27,821 nt of DNA. It comes from Candidatus Poribacteria bacterium. Lineage in GTDB: Bacteria > Poribacteria > WGA-4E > UBA9662. The notes beneath the pieces were generated by a model. That model was not told the DNA's origin and made no database searches. It saw only the letters and a list, made by a program, of their open reading frames with translations. Positions 20,414 to 27,821 of the stretch are shown here, piece by piece (the stretch's first letter is position 1; every line of letters starts with the position of its first letter). The translations under genes and the position numbers were made by a program. The stretch is taken from the NCBI GenBank assembly GCA_046582655.1, contig JAYGDX010000233.1:1-27821 (forward strand), read 5' to 3'.

Positions 20414-20956
20414 TCAATCTGTTTCATAGATAACCGCTAGGTCTTTTTTGCCTTCTTCCTCCATATCTACCCGAATAATCTCCCTGTTGGAAGTTGGGAT
20501 ATTTTTGCCTACATAATCCGCAGCAATCGGTAGTTCTCGGTGTCCACGATCGATTAAAACCGCTAGTTGGACAACAGAGGGTCGTCCAAAATCCATCACC
20601 GCTTCCATGGAAGCCCGTATGGTTCGGCCTGTATACAAAACATCGTCAACCAGAATAATCCATTTACCCGCTACATCAAAAGGAATATCAGTTTTGCTCA
20701 CTGTGATTTTCGCAGTGTGAAGATTAATATCATCGCGGTATAGATTGGCATCGATAATTCCAACCGGTACTTTAACTCCTTCCACGTGATCGAGGATTTT
20801 TGCAATCCGGTAGGCAAGATGATCTCCTCGGCTCTTGACACCGATTAGCGCAAGGTTGTTAACTGCACAGTGATCTTTTTCTAAGATTTCATGGGAAATT
20901 CGAACTAAAACTCTCCGCATTTCCTCCTTTGTCATTACCTGTGCCTTTTCACGCAT
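20414..20956 (-). CDS. pyrR: Bifunctional pyr operon attenuation regulator / uracil phosphoribosyltransferase
   Basis: RISHEILE, LYRDD, LVDDVLYTGRTIRA and DRGHRELPI.ADYVGKN. Confidence 0.97.
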   Translation of the reverse strand: MREKAQVMTKEEMRRVLVRISHEILEKDHCAVNNLALIGVKSRGDHLAYRIAKILDHVEGVKVPVGIIDANLYRDDINLHTAKITVSKTDIPFDVAGKWIILVDDVLYTGRTIRASMEAVMDFGRPSVVQLAVLIDRGHRELPIAADYVGKNIPTSNREIIRVDMEEEGKKDLAVIYETD

Positions 20957-20967
20957 GGTTTTCCTAT

Positions 20968-21537
20968 CTATATTTTTTCTTTTGTAAGGAGATCCATGAT
21001 CTCCTGCACTAACGGATTGACATCAAAACCTCGTTGGTTCCAGTCATTTTTCCAGAATTGATCTAAGGATTGATAGCCAAGTTTTTCATATTCTAAAACC
21101 TGAATCATTAGTTCAAGCTTATCAGCAGCACGGACGAGCTTAGCCTCAATTGTTTCGTTCTGCTCAAATTCTTCCCAAAGTTCTTGGTACCATTCTCCCA
21201 TACTACCGAATTTCTCGAGCATTGATGTTACAGCCTTTCTTTCTCCCAGTTCTTTGATCTCTTCGGGAATATAGGTTAGTACAGTAAAAGGAATATCACC
21301 AATACGAGCCTCAGCAATCTCATGCAACAGCGATAATCGCATTACCTTTTCAGTGTCGAGTTGGATGCCCTGTGCAACGAGTGCATCAGCTAATACCATC
21401 GATAGGAGCGTCATTCGATAGCAGTGATCTGCAATGCTCTCCCCATTTTTAATTCCATGCACAAGCCAACCGGTTCTCGGCAAGCTTTTTAGTATTCCAA
21501 TTTCTTCGATAAAATTTAAAATTGCTTCAGCTTTCAT
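20968..21537 (-). CDS. HD-domain hydrolase (HDDC2/YfbR-like 5'-deoxynucleotidase family), HE variant
   Basis: LKSLPRTGW, ESIADH, LLHEIAEARIGD, LWEEFE and EAKLVRAADKLE. Confidence 0.85.
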   Translation of the reverse strand: MKAEAILNFIEEIGILKSLPRTGWLVHGIKNGESIADHCYRMTLLSMVLADALVAQGIQLDTEKVMRLSLLHEIAEARIGDIPFTVLTYIPEEIKELGERKAVTSMLEKFGSMGEWYQELWEEFEQNETIEAKLVRAADKLELMIQVLEYEKLGYQSLDQFWKNDWNQRGFDVNPLVQEIMDLLTKEKI

Positions 21538-21547
21538 AATTTAATCC

Positions 21548-21581
21548 AAAAAAAATCCCCACCGATCAGAACGGTGAGGTT
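21548..21581 (-). terminator. Intrinsic terminator of the PyrR attenuator
   Basis: Minus strand AA-CCUCACCG-UUCUGAU-CGGUGGGG-A-U8: an 8-bp stem followed by a U run, ending 10 nt before the HD-gene ATG. Confidence 0.9.
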
Positions 21582-21625
21582 AACAAAATATAATATTCAA
21601 CAATATATGATAAAACAATTACGTA

Positions 21626-21663
21626 TCCCTTTTCCAACCTCACGGGATTAGATTAAAAGAGGA
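21626..21663 (-). promoter_or_regulatory. PyrR-binding RNA stem-loop (anti-antiterminator)
   Basis: UCCUCUUUUAAUCU-AAUCCCGUGAGGUU-GGAAAAGGGA. The core (21636-21649) matches ARUCCNGNGAGGYU exactly, and GUGAGGUU is complementary to AACCUCAC in the terminator 5' arm (antiterminator). Confidence 0.93.
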
Positions 21664-21680
21664 GATTTTTCTAGGAGCGT

Positions 21681-21709
21681 AGTGTATCATAATCACATCC
21701 TTAGCGCAA
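21681..21709 (-). promoter_or_regulatory. Sigma70 promoter for the pyr operon
   Basis: TTGCGC, 17-nt spacer, TACACT with extended TGn, immediately upstream of the PyrR leader. Confidence 0.7.
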
Positions 21710-21753
21710 GATTATGTTCAAAAATTCTGTGTTTTTGCTGATCGGCATTTTGC

Positions 21754-21782
21754 TTGACACTCATAGGACCTAAACCTATAAT
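21754..21782 (+). promoter_or_regulatory. Perfect-consensus sigma70 promoter for dapF-dapA
   Basis: TTGACA (21754-21759), 17-nt spacer, TATAAT (21777-21782). Confidence 0.9.
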
Positions 21783-21815
21783 AAGCGACAAATACTGTGC
21801 TGTCTCTGATACAAA

Positions 21816-22640
21816 ATGACCCGAATTCCTTTCGTGAAAATGAGTGGAGCAGGGAACGACTTCGTTGTTATTGATAACCGCGATTCGATTCTGCCACATG
21901 AGTTGACAGATTTTCTTAGAAAAATTTGTCAACGACGGATGTCCATTGGAGCTGATGGTGTTCTACTAGTTGAGGATTCGGACCTTGCTGATTTCAAAAT
22001 GCGTTACTTCAACTCTGACGGCAACGAAGTTGAAACCTGTGGTAATGGTGCACGATGTATATCACGATTTGCGTATCTAAACGGAATCACACTTCATAAA
22101 ATGCGTTTTGAAACGAAGGTAGGTATTTACCAATCCGAAGTTATCAGGTCAAATGTGAGAGTTCGGCTTGGTAATCCAACCCAAGTGCGATTGAGTTTCC
22201 CGCTACAGCTAAATGATGGAGTTCATAATGTTAGCTTTGCCAATACTGGCGTTCCACATGTGATGTTCTTGGTTGAAAACCTTGAGGAGGTAGATGTCAC
22301 TCACCTTGGAAATCAAATCCGCTATCACAAAGATTTCGAACCAGCAGGCACAAATGTCAACTTTGTTCGAGTAAGATCCAGTCAGGAAATTGATATTCGC
22401 ACATACGAACGGGGAATTGAGGATGAAACCTTTGCCTGTGGTACTGGATCGGTAGCAGGTGTAATTATTTTGGCGTTAAACGGGAAGGTCTCCTCGCCTG
22501 TTAGAGTAAACACATCAAGTGGGTTTACTCTGAAAATTTATTTCAATTTAGTCGGTGGTGAAGCCCAGGACCTCTACCTTGAAGGAGACGCACGTCTCAT
22601 CTGCGAAGGCCAAATTTCAGAATCTGCTTGGAAATACTAA
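21816..22640 (+). CDS. dapF: Diaminopimelate epimerase
   Basis: FVKMSGAGNDF, IGADG, CGNG, GVPH, NVNF, RTYERG and ACGTG. Confidence 0.97.
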   Translation: MTRIPFVKMSGAGNDFVVIDNRDSILPHELTDFLRKICQRRMSIGADGVLLVEDSDLADFKMRYFNSDGNEVETCGNGARCISRFAYLNGITLHKMRFETKVGIYQSEVIRSNVRVRLGNPTQVRLSFPLQLNDGVHNVSFANTGVPHVMFLVENLEEVDVTHLGNQIRYHKDFEPAGTNVNFVRVRSSQEIDIRTYERGIEDETFACGTGSVAGVIILALNGKVSSPVRVNTSSGFTLKIYFNLVGGEAQDLYLEGDARLICEGQISESAWKY

Positions 22641-22674
22641 ATTAATGTCCTGAAGTGTTTATGGGAGGGTTAAA

Positions 22675-23550
22675 ATGTTTGAAGGATCTTTTGTCGCTAT
22701 TGTAACGCCGTTTAAAGATGATGGATCATTGGATGAAGGTAAGTTGCAAGAATTGATTGAGTTCCAAATTGAAAATGGAACGCACGGAATTGTTCCTTGT
22801 GGCACAACCGGGGAATCGCCAACGCTGTCCCACGAAGAACATGATCGTGTCGTGGAACTTACTGTCAAAACGGTCGATGGACGCGTTAAAACAATAGCGG
22901 GATCTGGTTCAAATTCAACGACTGAAGCTCTTCGATTGACTAAACACGCCAAGGATGTGGGAGCGGATGGTGCCCTAGTCATTACCCCCTATTATAATAA
23001 ACCGACACAAAATGGTTTGAAAGCACACTTTATGGAGATCGCTGATGCTGTTGATATCCCGATTGTTATCTACAATGTTCCTGGACGAACAGGGACAGAT
23101 CTTTTACCTGAGACGCTGGCAGAGTTATCAGTACATCCAAATATCGTTGGTTTGAAAGAAGCAACTGGGCAACTCAGTCGTGCCAGTCAAGCTGTACAAT
23201 TGTGCGGGCAGGATTTTGTTCTCCTTTCCGGTGATGACATTAATACTCTACCTATCTTATCAGTCGGAGGCTGCGGTGTGATTTCTGTTTTGGCAAATGT
23301 GATGCCGAAAGAAGTAGCAGACCTCTGTAATGCCTTTAAATCAGGCGATATTCAAGGTGCCCAGAAGATCCATCTTAAAACCCTTCAGCTGTCCATAGAT
23401 CTTTTTATCGACACGAATCCAATTCCCGTTAAAAAAGCACTTCAAATAATGGGAAGGCTAAATGGGCGAATGCGTCTTCCACTTGTGCCAATGTCGGAAG
23501 AGAATACAGAAATCCTGCATCACACTATGCGAAATGTTGGTTCGATCTAA
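22675..23550 (+). CDS. dapA: 4-hydroxy-tetrahydrodipicolinate synthase
   Basis: GTTGESPTL, TPYYNKP, YNVPGRTG, GLKEA, SGDD and NPIPVK. Confidence 0.97.
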   Translation: MFEGSFVAIVTPFKDDGSLDEGKLQELIEFQIENGTHGIVPCGTTGESPTLSHEEHDRVVELTVKTVDGRVKTIAGSGSNSTTEALRLTKHAKDVGADGALVITPYYNKPTQNGLKAHFMEIADAVDIPIVIYNVPGRTGTDLLPETLAELSVHPNIVGLKEATGQLSRASQAVQLCGQDFVLLSGDDINTLPILSVGGCGVISVLANVMPKEVADLCNAFKSGDIQGAQKIHLKTLQLSIDLFIDTNPIPVKKALQIMGRLNGRMRLPLVPMSEENTEILHHTMRNVGSI

Positions 23551-23552
23551 GC

Positions 23553-24221
23553 ATGATAGAATGGGAAAATGACGAACAGCTTTTTTCTTTAATGGCAGGC
23601 AAACTTTATTCTGCCGTTATATCTGATGTACTTGATGATGCCGGTTATCGCAATCAGGTTATGTCACATAAAATACGTCCATTATATGAAAATGTTGTTG
23701 CTGTTGGTCGTGCAATGACCGTTCTCTGTATGGATGTCTACGAAACCCCGGATCAGCCATACCGGATGGAAATTGAAGCAGTCGATAGCTTGAAACCCAA
23801 CGAAATCTTAGTCTGTACAACCAATGGATCTAACCGATACAGTTTTTGGGGGGAACTGCTTTCAACGGCATCAGTCGCTCGCGGTGCAAGTGGAGCTATT
23901 ATAGACGGATTCGTTAGGGATTGTAAAGCTATCATGGATATGGAATTTCCTGTTTTTGCAACGGGAATATCTCCATTGGACTCCAAAGGACGTGGTGACG
24001 TTGTTAGCTTTAATATACCAATCGAGTGTGGTGGTGTCAGGGTAGTTTCGGGTGATATCGCGTTTGGTGACTACGATGGAATAGTCGTTGTTCCGAAGCA
24101 GATAGAAGAGCAAATTGTTTCAGCGGCTTTTGATAAAGTAAGTGGGGAAAATAATATTCGGCAGGAATTAGAAGCTGGAGCAACAGTTAAATACGTTTTC
24201 GATAAGTATGGTATTCTGTAA
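23553..24221 (+). CDS. RraA family / 4-hydroxy-4-methyl-2-oxoglutarate aldolase-like protein
   Basis: SAVISDVLD, VGRAMT, WGELLS, IDGFVRD and GDIAFGDYDGIVVVP. Confidence 0.88.
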   Translation: MIEWENDEQLFSLMAGKLYSAVISDVLDDAGYRNQVMSHKIRPLYENVVAVGRAMTVLCMDVYETPDQPYRMEIEAVDSLKPNEILVCTTNGSNRYSFWGELLSTASVARGASGAIIDGFVRDCKAIMDMEFPVFATGISPLDSKGRGDVVSFNIPIECGGVRVVSGDIAFGDYDGIVVVPKQIEEQIVSAAFDKVSGENNIRQELEAGATVKYVFDKYGIL

Positions 24222-24290
24222 TTGGCCGGAAAGGACTCCAATCAATTATCTCAGTCTGTTACAGATTTCAAGGTGACTGATTCATAGATA

Positions 24291-24599
24291 TCAGGCTCTA
24301 ACATCCAAGCGTTTTCCTGTTTCTTGAGGTTGTAAATTTTCCTCTCGTTGTAGATTTGCATTTTCTTCAAGTCTTGGTTGAGAAGATGCTTCTTTCGGCT
24401 GGGTAGCCTGTTGGGAGCTCACTTCCTGGGGATTTGCCTGACGGGTTTTTCCCTCTTCAGGAGGCGAGGCGGGAGGTTCCGTACTTTCTTCAACAAAGTT
24501 TTCAGCCTCATCAGCTGAGCGTTGATATTGTTCAGCATTTGCTTGATGCGTGGTTAGAGCAAGGGATGTAGCACTATTTTCTAAACCAACAGATCTCAT
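24291..24599 (-). CDS. Small low-complexity hypothetical protein ending in a GxxLDVxA motif
   Basis: 102 aa, Q/E/P-rich, AAAGGTGA SD, C-terminus TGKRLDVRA; fills the gap between flanking genes. Confidence 0.6.
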   Translation of the reverse strand: MRSVGLENSATSLALTTHQANAEQYQRSADEAENFVEESTEPPASPPEEGKTRQANPQEVSSQQATQPKEASSQPRLEENANLQREENLQPQETGKRLDVRA

Positions 24600-24672
24600 A
24601 ATCTCTCACCTTTAGGATAACGCAATCATAAAATACTATCATATCCAATTCAAGACGGTCAATAAGAATACT

Positions 24673-26475
24673 ATGTTTAGCCATCATAATGCTTATCTGC
24701 GAGCCCCTTGCTTGTTGTTGATGTTCTTGGTGATTTGTCTTGGGATAGAAGCGCGAACGATCATGGTTGGCAAAAGGCCCCCAAGCGATTTCAACCGGAT
24801 CCAAGCCGCAATTGACGTGGCGAAGCATGGGGATACGATCATAGTTGCCCCTGGGAGGTATCATGAATCAATTCTTATCAAGAAAAAGAATATAAATATT
24901 CAGGGTGCGGGAAAAGATAAAACGTATCTTGAATTTGATGGTCCAAATCTGGTGGTCTATGTCGAATCAGTGAAAAAAACTGTAATTAGCAATATGACGA
25001 TCGCATATACTGGGGTAGGGAAACGTTCAACAACATGGTTTTTCAATTCGGAAGCGACCCTGCAAAACTGTAAAGTTACCGGTGGTTTCTATGCCGGAGT
25101 TTATGTAACAGCGAATTCAAAAGTAGTCATTCATAATAACGTCGTAAAAGAAAACCAACTAACCGGTCTTAATGCGTCAAATTCAGAATTGAGAATTACG
25201 GAGAATCTAATATCCAAAAACGGTCAACAAGGAATCCTCCTTAAAAGTTGTAGGAACAGTGTAATCAGAGGTAACATCATTAGCAAGAATAACAAAGATG
25301 GTATAGATGTGGAGGGAATTGGAGAGGATTTACAGATACTTCATAACACAATTGTTGGCAACCGCTCTAAAGGTATCTCAACCGATAATCAAGCAATTAT
25401 TGAAAATAATATCATTGTTTTTAACGGAATTGGGATTGAGATAGATCTTAAAGGTAAATCTTCTACGGTTCTTGGCGTTAGTCATAATAATGTCTGGAGA
25501 AATAGTCATCATGATTACAGTAAAATTAAAAAGCCGTTAACAGATCTGTCTGTGGATCCGATATTCATAAATGAACAGTTGAATGATTACAAACTTAGGG
25601 TAGGGTCGCCGATGATTGGCCTAGCGTCCGATGGAAGTGATTTAGGCGCGTTTCAATCTAGGAAAAAACAAACAGCAGAAGATATACCGTCGAAGCCAAA
25701 TAGTAGACAAACTTCACAAATAATCGTATCAAATACACCCAAACCGATCTCTTTCCAAGATAACAAAAAAACGACGCAATCAACGGATGCTTCCCCTGAG
25801 GTGCTAACAAAAGCCTCCGAAAAACCGGCTGGCGGGCTTGAGACTGTTAAACTTGAAACACCAATTTTCCTTATTGATACATTACGAAAGCAACCATATT
25901 TCATTGAAGTAGCCCAAACTTTCAAACTTAAAACTTCGAAAGAGTTGAATAAAGTTCAAGCAAAACCATATGGTGCAAAGTATGATCCGAAAACACGGAT
26001 ATTTGAGTGGATCCCATTGAGACACCAAATTGGACAAGTAACCGTTACATTTACTGGAATATCCAGTCATTCCGTGCAGTTATTCGTATGGAAGCACAAT
26101 CTGCCTCCCAGAATATCCCATATTAATGGAAAAACAGTTAATCGTGATTTTGACAAAAATGGTAAATTGATGCCGATTAAATTTAACGTCCGTGAAGGTG
26201 AGGAAACACACCTGAAATTTTCAGCCGAGGGAATACCCGCGGAACAGTTAAAATATACATTTATCTCCATACCAATAGGTGCCAACGCTGATGGGGACAC
26301 GATAACTTGGAGACCAAGCCTTAAGACGGTGCAAATGATCAGACAGGGCAATCAAAATATCGCAGAATTTCCGGTACTAGTATCGGTGAGTAATGGTAGT
26401 GAAGCGGATGCCATCGATCTTATTCTGATTGTTCAAGAGTCGAAGTCGAAGTTACCAACTCTAAAGAAGAAATAG
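24673..26475 (+). CDS. Secreted right-handed parallel beta-helix protein with linker and putative Ig-like C-terminal domains
   Basis: Signal peptide-like N-terminus, IQAAID..GDTIIVAPGRYHE, repeated I.GN.I..N...GI units, DPIF...DYKLRVGSP.IG...DLGAF, S/T/P/K linker, and PYGA..D...FEW.P / P.GA......W.P modules. Confidence 0.8.
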   Translation: MFSHHNAYLRAPCLLLMFLVICLGIEARTIMVGKRPPSDFNRIQAAIDVAKHGDTIIVAPGRYHESILIKKKNINIQGAGKDKTYLEFDGPNLVVYVESVKKTVISNMTIAYTGVGKRSTTWFFNSEATLQNCKVTGGFYAGVYVTANSKVVIHNNVVKENQLTGLNASNSELRITENLISKNGQQGILLKSCRNSVIRGNIISKNNKDGIDVEGIGEDLQILHNTIVGNRSKGISTDNQAIIENNIIVFNGIGIEIDLKGKSSTVLGVSHNNVWRNSHHDYSKIKKPLTDLSVDPIFINEQLNDYKLRVGSPMIGLASDGSDLGAFQSRKKQTAEDIPSKPNSRQTSQIIVSNTPKPISFQDNKKTTQSTDASPEVLTKASEKPAGGLETVKLETPIFLIDTLRKQPYFIEVAQTFKLKTSKELNKVQAKPYGAKYDPKTRIFEWIPLRHQIGQVTVTFTGISSHSVQLFVWKHNLPPRISHINGKTVNRDFDKNGKLMPIKFNVREGEETHLKFSAEGIPAEQLKYTFISIPIGANADGDTITWRPSLKTVQMIRQGNQNIAEFPVLVSVSNGSEADAIDLILIVQESKSKLPTLKKK

Positions 26476-26528
26476 TATTTTGAGCCTTTCTGAATTTTTC
26501 GTGGACAATAGATATAAAAAAACAACTA

Positions 26529-27821
26529 TCACCGAGAAATGATATCCTGACTTTGGCGTTTTCGAAGCTCTATCTTTGCTTCTTTAAGCATTTTGCTCTG
26601 CTTTTTGTACATAGTTGCAGCATTTTGTAGCATGCGATCTGAATTTTCAATTTCTTCTTTGAGTTCAATCTTCTCTCTATCTAGCTCATCGAGTAACACA
26701 TCCTTTTCACTGATCTGTTGTGTGTACGAATCAATGTCCGCCTCAAATTGCTCAATTCGTTTTTGGCTAACTGCAAGTGTGTTATTCAAATGCCCTTCTA
26801 AAACTTCCGTGTCTAGTTGAGTTGTAATTAAATCCTGGACTTGTTGGGTTTGTATATCAAACGAATTCTGAAGTTCAGTGAACTTGGCGTCGGCTTGAGC
26901 TTTTGCCTGAGTTGATTCCAGAATTTGTTTTTCCTTCGAATGAATTTGTTGTGTATAACTTTCAACATCGTCTTCCAGCTTAGAAATTAATTCAGTGTTG
27001 GCATCTAGATGAGATTGTAATTCTTCTCTAGTTGACTCCAGTTCCGCCTGGCTAACAGTTAACTGTTGGGCCTGCTGTGTTTGGGTGTCAATTTCGGATT
27101 GCAACTTTTCAACGGTGGCATTAGCTTCTTCCTTGTCTTGTGTTAATTGCTCAATATTTGTTTCTAGCTCCTGAACCTGTTGCGTCCGACTTTCGATATC
27201 TTTCTCGAGTTTTTGAATTTGTTCGGTTTCTATTTCAAGTCGCTCCTCAATAGTTTCTTTATCGGAATTAATTATGGCTTGGTCGTCAGCAAGACTCTGG
27301 TATTTTTCCTTCTGCTCTTCGATTTCGTTTTTCAGCTTTTGGATTTCTGAATCAGCGTCCCGTTTAGCCTGAGTTAATCCTTGAATCCGTTGTTCTTTTT
27401 CAACTATCTGTTTACCATAGGTTACAACATCGTCTTCCAGCTTAGAAATCAACTCAGTATTGGCATCTAACTGAGATTGCAGTTCTTCTCTAGCTGACTC
27501 CAGTTCGGTTTGACTATCAGTTGACTCTTGAACCTGCTGTGCTTGAACCTCAATTTCAGTTTGTAGTCTTTCAACAGCCAAGTCAGATTCTTCTCTGGCT
27601 TGTGTTAACTCCAGAATTTGTTTTTCCTTTTCTTGAACTTGTTGCGTTCGATTTCCGACATCATTTTCTAGTTTAGAAATCAATTCAGTGTTGGTATTTA
27701 ATTGCGCTTCCAGTTCTTCTCTAGCTGACTCCAGTTCGGCCTGGCTATCAGTTAATTCTTGAACTTGTTGCGTTCGATTTTCGACATCATTTTCTAGTTT
27801 AGAAATTAATTCAGTGTTGGT
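26529..27821 (-). CDS. Long acidic coiled-coil protein with tandem 77-aa repeats (5' partial)
   Basis: The frame is open to the window end (46 more codons upstream of the track start); E/Q/L-rich heptads. Confidence 0.85.
   Translation of the reverse strand, partial: TNTELISKLENDVENRTQQVQELTDSQAELESAREELEAQLNTNTELISKLENDVGNRTQQVQEKEKQILELTQAREESDLAVERLQTEIEVQAQQVQESTDSQTELESAREELQSQLDANTELISKLEDDVVTYGKQIVEKEQRIQGLTQAKRDADSEIQKLKNEIEEQKEKYQSLADDQAIINSDKETIEERLEIETEQIQKLEKDIESRTQQVQELETNIEQLTQDKEEANATVEKLQSEIDTQTQQAQQLTVSQAELESTREELQSHLDANTELISKLEDDVESYTQQIHSKEKQILESTQAKAQADAKFTELQNSFDIQTQQVQDLITTQLDTEVLEGHLNNTLAVSQKRIEQFEADIDSYTQQISEKDVLLDELDREKIELKEEIENSDRMLQNAATMYKKQSKMLKEAKIELRKRQSQDIISR
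26700..27821 (-). repeat. Intragenic tandem repeat array (231-bp units plus one 126-bp unit)
   Basis: NTELISKLE-type anchors recur every 77 aa. Near-identical DNA blocks lie 462 bp apart (about 26963 and 27425) and 126 bp apart (about 27635-27695 and 27761-27821). Confidence 0.85.

Noticed and set aside
26700..27821. CRISPR array or non-coding repeat
   Set aside because: Repeats are in-frame multiples of 21 nt within an open coiled-coil reading frame, with no unique spacers and no cas genes.
1..27821. tRNA, rRNA, riboswitch or recognisable anti-phage defence genes
   Set aside because: None recognised by eye in the intergenic regions or ORFs; a covariance-model and defence-HMM scan would be needed to exclude them formally.

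Overview
Bacterial chromosomal segment of roughly 40% GC, probably a whole contig broken at repeats: it starts inside an IS5-family transposase and ends inside a tandem-repeat coiled-coil gene. The gene mix (Gfo/Idh/MocA, PhyH, sulfatase, DUF6785/DUF6784-type membrane protein, DUF5069) resembles uncultured Poribacteria/Latescibacterota/PVC-like lineages; this is inference only. The left half (0.4-14 kb) is an accessory catabolic region. It has intact genes (oxidoreductase, YeeE/YedE pair, triple-DUF5069 protein, membrane protein, udk, family-4 UDG, enolase-superfamily dehydratase) mixed with at least five decaying genes (creatininase, integrase, amidase, PhyH dioxygenase, sulfatase). The right half is housekeeping. 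A PyrR-attenuated operon (HD hydrolase-pyrR-pyrC-carA-carB-hypothetical, with no pyrB) is divergent from dapF-dapA-RraA, followed by a secreted beta-helix protein and a 77-aa-repeat coiled-coil protein. The most unusual signal is a foreign insert of about 0.85 kb (3449-4310) carrying a tyrosine-integrase remnant that almost completely avoids the GpC dinucleotide (2 in 735 nt) and encodes about 224 residues with no alanine.
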